From contig JBLWGC010000063.1 in NCBI GenBank assembly GCA_048772705.1, positions 1 to 8,906 on the forward strand: a DNA stretch of 8,906 bases, written 5' to 3'. Origin of the DNA: Leidyana gryllorum EB-2025a (lineage: Eukaryota > Protista > Apicomplexa). Position 1 is the first letter of the stretch, and every line of letters starts with the position of its first letter. A program made the translations under genes and the position numbers. Positions 6,083 to 8,906 of the stretch are shown here, piece after piece. A model generated the notes under the pieces. It was not told the origin of the DNA and did no database searches. It saw only the letters and a program-made list of their open reading frames with translations.

Positions 6083-6252
6083 ATCCGGACTAGCGCTTCC
6101 TCAACTGGACACACGCAACACGGGTCTCTCTACTGACGTCTGGAAAATTTAATTGGCTCCTGTATATAGCGCCCAGCGTAGAGCGTTGGATTTGAGTCGG
6201 ACAAAAAGCTCACTTCAATCATTGAAGCAATTGCGCTCTCCGCGAATGCTAC

Positions 6253-6334
6253 CGACAAGGGTGAGATTCGAATTCACGCGGGTAAAACCCAACGGCTTAG
6301 CAGGCCGCCGCCTTAACCGCTCGGCCACCTTGCC
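6253..6334 (-). tRNA. trnS-GCT: tRNA-Ser(GCT)
   Basis: 82-nt cloverleaf; T stem G53->A (GAATTCG). Confidence 0.85.
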
Positions 6335-6429
6335 GCGACTGTAACTGATTACACCTTCCCTCGGGCACCCCGTGCGAACTGTTGTAGGAAGAGGAGAGTC
6401 TCTCTACTAACCTCTGAAACATTGTAAGG

Positions 6430-6502
6430 GGTCTTGTAGCTCAGGCGGCAGAGGGTGTGGCTGTTAACGGCAAAATCGCAGGCTCGGAACCTGCCAGGAG
6501 CG
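6430..6502 (+). pseudogene. trnN-GTT: tRNA-Asn(GTT), degenerate
   Basis: TAGCTCAG D arm, CT-GTT-AA loop, 3' caggagcg; several stem and B-box lesions. Confidence 0.75.
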
Positions 6503-6546
6503 CTTTCAGAGGCACGCTAGACACTGACTGCGCTGCTCTCGCAATG

Positions 6547-6596
6547 GCAATTGTGGTCTGCGACCCTTCAAAGATGGTGAGATCCCGGCACGTGCA
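6547..6596 (+). pseudogene. trnG: tRNA-Gly(TCC)-derived remnant
   Basis: Sister of 4802-4862 with a further deletion. Confidence 0.65.
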
Positions 6597-6609
6597 GCCG
6601 TACGTACTT

Positions 6610-6683
6610 TGGACGACCTGGGCATCGATCCCAGTATCTCTCGCACGCTAAGCGTAGCGACCTACCATTTGAGCTAGTCGCCC
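6610..6683 (-). pseudogene. trnA-AGC: tRNA-Ala(AGC), degenerate
   Basis: Copy of 4876-4948 with D-stem changes and a 1-nt insertion in the anticodon stem. Confidence 0.78.
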
Positions 6684-6799
6684 ATTTAGCAAACCCCAGT
6701 ACATCCATTTCTTTTTTACATGGTATGACCAATCGCCCAACTGCATCGATCACTTTCACCTGTTTGTGCTCCACTTTGCACAAACGAAGGCACGCAGGA

Positions 6800-6878
6800 A
6801 ACGGCTAGAGGGACTCGAACCCTCAACCTCAACCTTTGCCTTAGGAGGGCAACGCGCTCTCCATTGCACCACAACCGC
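6800..6878 (-). tRNA. trnR-CCT: tRNA-Arg(CCT) with a 6-nt duplication in the variable region
   Basis: ttgcc-CTCCTAA-ggcaa, GGTTCGAGTCC, ggttga repeated twice. Confidence 0.8.
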
Positions 6879-6976
6879 ATTCGGGACGCATCCAACTTTT
6901 GAGTGGGACAGAACCGGCTGCCCAAGGTGTCTCCTCTTTCACCCAACCAGTATCGAGATGACCGAAGCCTATCCAT

Positions 6977-7049
6977 GGTGCGGTGGCCTAATGGATAGGG
7001 CATCGGTCTTCGGAACCGGGAGTTGTGGGTTCGAGTCCCATCCGCATCA
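6977..7049 (+). tRNA. trnR-TCG: tRNA-Arg(TCG)
   Basis: TGGCCTAATGGATAGGGC D arm, tcggt-CTTCGGA-accgg, ggtgcgg/ccgcatc acceptor. Confidence 0.92.
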
Positions 7050-7255
7050 TAGCCTCTCACTCGGAAGACGTTCCGTTTCGACCGAGGCAAGCTTGCTAGC
7101 TGCAAGGGAGCCGCTGCCCCGCATGTCGAGTTGAAGTGCTAGTGGTATCAGTTTCCTTCGTCCGTGAAAGTGCTCGATTCGATCCCCGTAGGTTGCTGAC
7201 AGCTGGAAGTAGAAATTGCCCGAGTCTCTCGGGGTGCTGCAGATCTTTCACAATT

Positions 7256-7326
7256 GCACTTGTGGTCTAAGGGTAAGATGCGACCCTTCCAAGGTCGTAA
7301 CCCGGGTTCGAGTCCCGGCAGGTGCA
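7256..7326 (+). tRNA. trnG-TCC: tRNA-Gly(TCC)
   Basis: 71-nt cloverleaf, cgacc-CTTCCAA-ggtcg. Confidence 0.95.
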
Positions 7327-7393
7327 GCCGTATGTAGCTCGAACGACCTGTCTATAGGTGAAGAGAGGGGACGACTCAATAAAATACAACGGT

Positions 7394-7473
7394 TGACAAG
7401 AGTGGGATTCGAACCCACGTCCTCTCGGACTGCGGCCTTAACACAGCGCCTTACACCACTCGGCCATCTTGCC
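7394..7473 (-). tRNA. trnL-AAG: tRNA-Leu(AAG)
   Basis: Leu body with TT-AAG-GC loop. Confidence 0.92.
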
Positions 7474-7554
7474 GGAGTGCTCTTGGCTCGCCGCTTTACA
7501 CGTTTTCTGTTCGTGAGTCAAAATAGAAAGACTGCTGGGATTGGAGGCCGGCGT

Positions 7555-7605
7555 GTATTTCCGCCTGTCACGCGGAAGACCAGGGTTCGTTTCCCGGTCT
7601 CGGAG
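7555..7605 (+). pseudogene. trnD-GTC: tRNA-Asp(GTC) 3' fragment
   Basis: The first ~21 nt are deleted; the remainder matches 1555-1605. Confidence 0.8.
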
Positions 7606-7641
7606 CACAGTTGATTTCGCTTAGGATTGTTTCCTTTGGTT

Positions 7642-7712
7642 CTCGAGATCGTATAGCGGTTAGTATTTCCGCCTATCACGCGGAAGACCAGGGTCGATTG
7701 CCGGTCTCGGAG
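7642..7712 (+). pseudogene. trnD-ATC: tRNA-Asp-derived gene with ATC anticodon
   Basis: Asp body, CT-ATC-AC loop, B-box with a T deleted (GGGTCGATTG). Confidence 0.78.
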
Positions 7713-7767
7713 CACACTTGGTTGCGCTTAGGATTGTTTCCTTTGGTTCTCGCTGAAAGTTGCGAGC

Positions 7768-7840
7768 TACAGCCACCGAGGATCAAACTCGGGAACTACT
7801 GCGTGTGAAGCAGACGTCGTGACCACTAGACCATGACTGC
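7768..7840 (-). tRNA. trnV-CAC: tRNA-Val(CAC), slightly degenerate
   Basis: Full length, TT-CAC-AC loop, T loop GTTTGA. Confidence 0.8.
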
Positions 7841-7960
7841 ACGGAGCTTGCGGACTGGGAAAAAAGGCGTGTGTCTCTGGAAACACGTAACCTGATGACC
7901 TACTTGAAGGAGCGCTAAGTCCGATGGCTCTACCAACTCCTTTTTGGGAAGGACTGAATG

Positions 7961-8032
7961 GGTTGCGTGGTGTAGTGGTTAGCACTGGAGACTCTGAATC
8001 TCCCGACCTGGGTTCGATTCCCGGCGCGACCT
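7961..8032 (+). tRNA. trnQ-CTG: tRNA-Gln(CTG)
   Basis: ggttgcg/cgcgacc acceptor, ggaga-CTCTGAA-tctcc, U73. Confidence 0.95.
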
Positions 8033-8095
8033 CAAAACTAGTCCTCACTACTTCGTAAAACCTCGCCACTTCTCTTGGTCTGCGGGACCTTGGCT

Positions 8096-8168
8096 GCAGC
8101 CATGGTCTAGTGGTTACGACGTCTGCTTCACACGCAGAAGGTCCCGAGTTCTATCCTCGGTGGCTGTA
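8096..8168 (+). tRNA. trnV-CAC: tRNA-Val(CAC)
   Basis: Full cloverleaf; T loop GTTCTAT (G57->T). Confidence 0.87.
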
Positions 8169-8216
8169 GCTCGAACATGTGAAGTGAGCTCCACCCAAAG
8201 CGAGGAAACGTGCTGT

Positions 8217-8252
8217 CTTCGAGACAGGGCATCGAACCCGCGTCTTCCGCGT
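8217..8252 (-). pseudogene. trnD: tRNA-Asp 3' fragment
   Basis: cttcgagacagggcatcgaacccgcgtcttccgcgt aligns with 2913-2948, in the expected Val-Asp-Leu position. Confidence 0.7.
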
Positions 8253-8328
8253 CTTCAACCCTAGAAGTCTTCCTTCTCGAGAACTTCACGGACAGAAAAC
8301 GTGTAAAGTGACGAGCCAAGAACGCTGC

Positions 8329-8408
8329 GGCAAGATGGCCGAGTGGTCTAAGGCGCTGTGTTCAGGCCGCAGTCCGGAAGGGCGTGGGTTCGAATCCCAC
8401 TCTTGTCA
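8329..8408 (+). tRNA. trnL-CAG: tRNA-Leu(CAG)
   Basis: One substitution versus 3076-3155. Confidence 0.95.
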
Positions 8409-8468
8409 GCCGTTGTATTGTATTGGTAGGTAGTCCCCTCTCTTCAGGTGGTTCGAGCTACATACGCC

Positions 8469-8539
8469 TGCACCTGCCGGGACTCGAACCCGGGTTACGA
8501 CCTTGGAAGGGTCGCATCTTACCCTTAGACCACAAGTGC
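8469..8539 (-). tRNA. trnG-TCC: tRNA-Gly(TCC)
   Basis: Reverse complement of 7256-7326. Confidence 0.95.
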
Positions 8540-8684
8540 AACTGCGAAAGAGTTGCAGCACCCCAAGACACTCGGGCGATTTCTGCGCGCCACCATCCGC
8601 CACACACCCAAAATTGTCCACCGACTTCAGACTCATTGGCATGTGGTCAGGGATTCCAACATCTTCAACCTTCAGGTCATCTTT

Positions 8685-8756
8685 AGGGCACGCCCGGGGT
8701 TGAACCACGGACTTGCTGATCTGCAGTCAGCTGCTCTACCACTGAGCTACGTACCC
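8685..8756 (-). tRNA. trnC-GCA: tRNA-Cys(GCA)
   Basis: gctga-CTGCAGA-tcagc, U73; one T-stem mismatch. Confidence 0.88.
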
Positions 8757-8852
8757 ACAAAACACCCGTCATACTCGCTCAGCTAGATTCTGTCTTCTCG
8801 TTTGAAGCAAAACGGCCGTTATTGTGCACGAGCTTGAACAACAACGAGTCAT

Positions 8853-8906
8853 GCATCTGTGGTCTAGTGGTAGAATGTCTCGTTGCCATCGAGACGACCC
8901 GGGTTC
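8853..8906 (+). tRNA. trnG-GCC: tRNA-Gly(GCC), cut by the window edge
   Basis: gcatctgTGGTCTAGTGGTAGAAT, tctcg-TTGCCAT-cgaga; runs off the end in the T loop. Confidence 0.9.

Larger units (their letters stand above)
7555..7752 (+). repeat. Local direct duplication of Asp 3' part plus downstream spacer (~90 bp)
   Basis: 7555-7645 and 7663-7752 both end in gcttaggattgtttcctttggttctcg. Confidence 0.85.
7211..8584. repeat. Large imperfect inverted repeat (arms ~7211-7840 and ~8096-8584)
   Basis: Gly+/Leu-/Asp+/Val- is mirrored by Val+/Asp-/Leu+/Gly- with homologous spacers. Confidence 0.85.

Noticed and set aside
7138-7196. A-box-like ctagtggta and B-box-like gattcgatcccc
   Set aside because: Probably a tRNA relic, but no stems or isotype can be assigned.
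218-8786. All ORFs in the supplied track
   Set aside because: They are short, overlap tRNA genes, and repeat peptide motifs (GIEP, GSIP, VRFE) that are simply translated B-boxes; no recognisable domain.
1-8906. CRISPR array, or phage/bacterial tRNA array
   Set aside because: The repeats are tRNAs in mixed orientation with homologous spacers; there is no encoded CCA and the initiator tRNA is eukaryotic.
1-8906. tRNA-derived SINE insertions
   Set aside because: No poly-A or simple-repeat tails, target-site duplications or common body; copies share both flanks, as in segmental duplication.

Overview
This window is an extremely dense array of intronless, eukaryotic-type tRNA genes and tRNA pseudogenes on both strands. 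I count about 31 near-intact cloverleafs and more than 25 eroded, truncated, fused or chimeric copies, spanning about 17 amino-acid specificities plus initiator Met. No credible protein-coding gene is present; the ORF track is shadow translation of tRNA sequence. Eukaryotic nuclear origin is supported by the initiator tRNA-Met (A1:U72, T-loop GATCGAAAC), A34 anticodons (AGA, AGT, AAG, AGC, AGG, AAC) and the absence of encoded CCA. An oomycete or other protist host is only a guess. The array is built from recurring multi-gene modules with conserved spacers (Gln-Ser, Leu-Asp-Val, Thr-Glu, Ala-Pro, Asn-Gly-Ala, Lys), shuffled in both orientations. It also contains a ~1.4 kb imperfect palindrome, a ~69 bp micro-inversion, inter-isotype chimeras joined in the T-arm, and anticodon switches within homologous flanks. 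All calls were made by eye; coordinates of degenerate copies are approximate.
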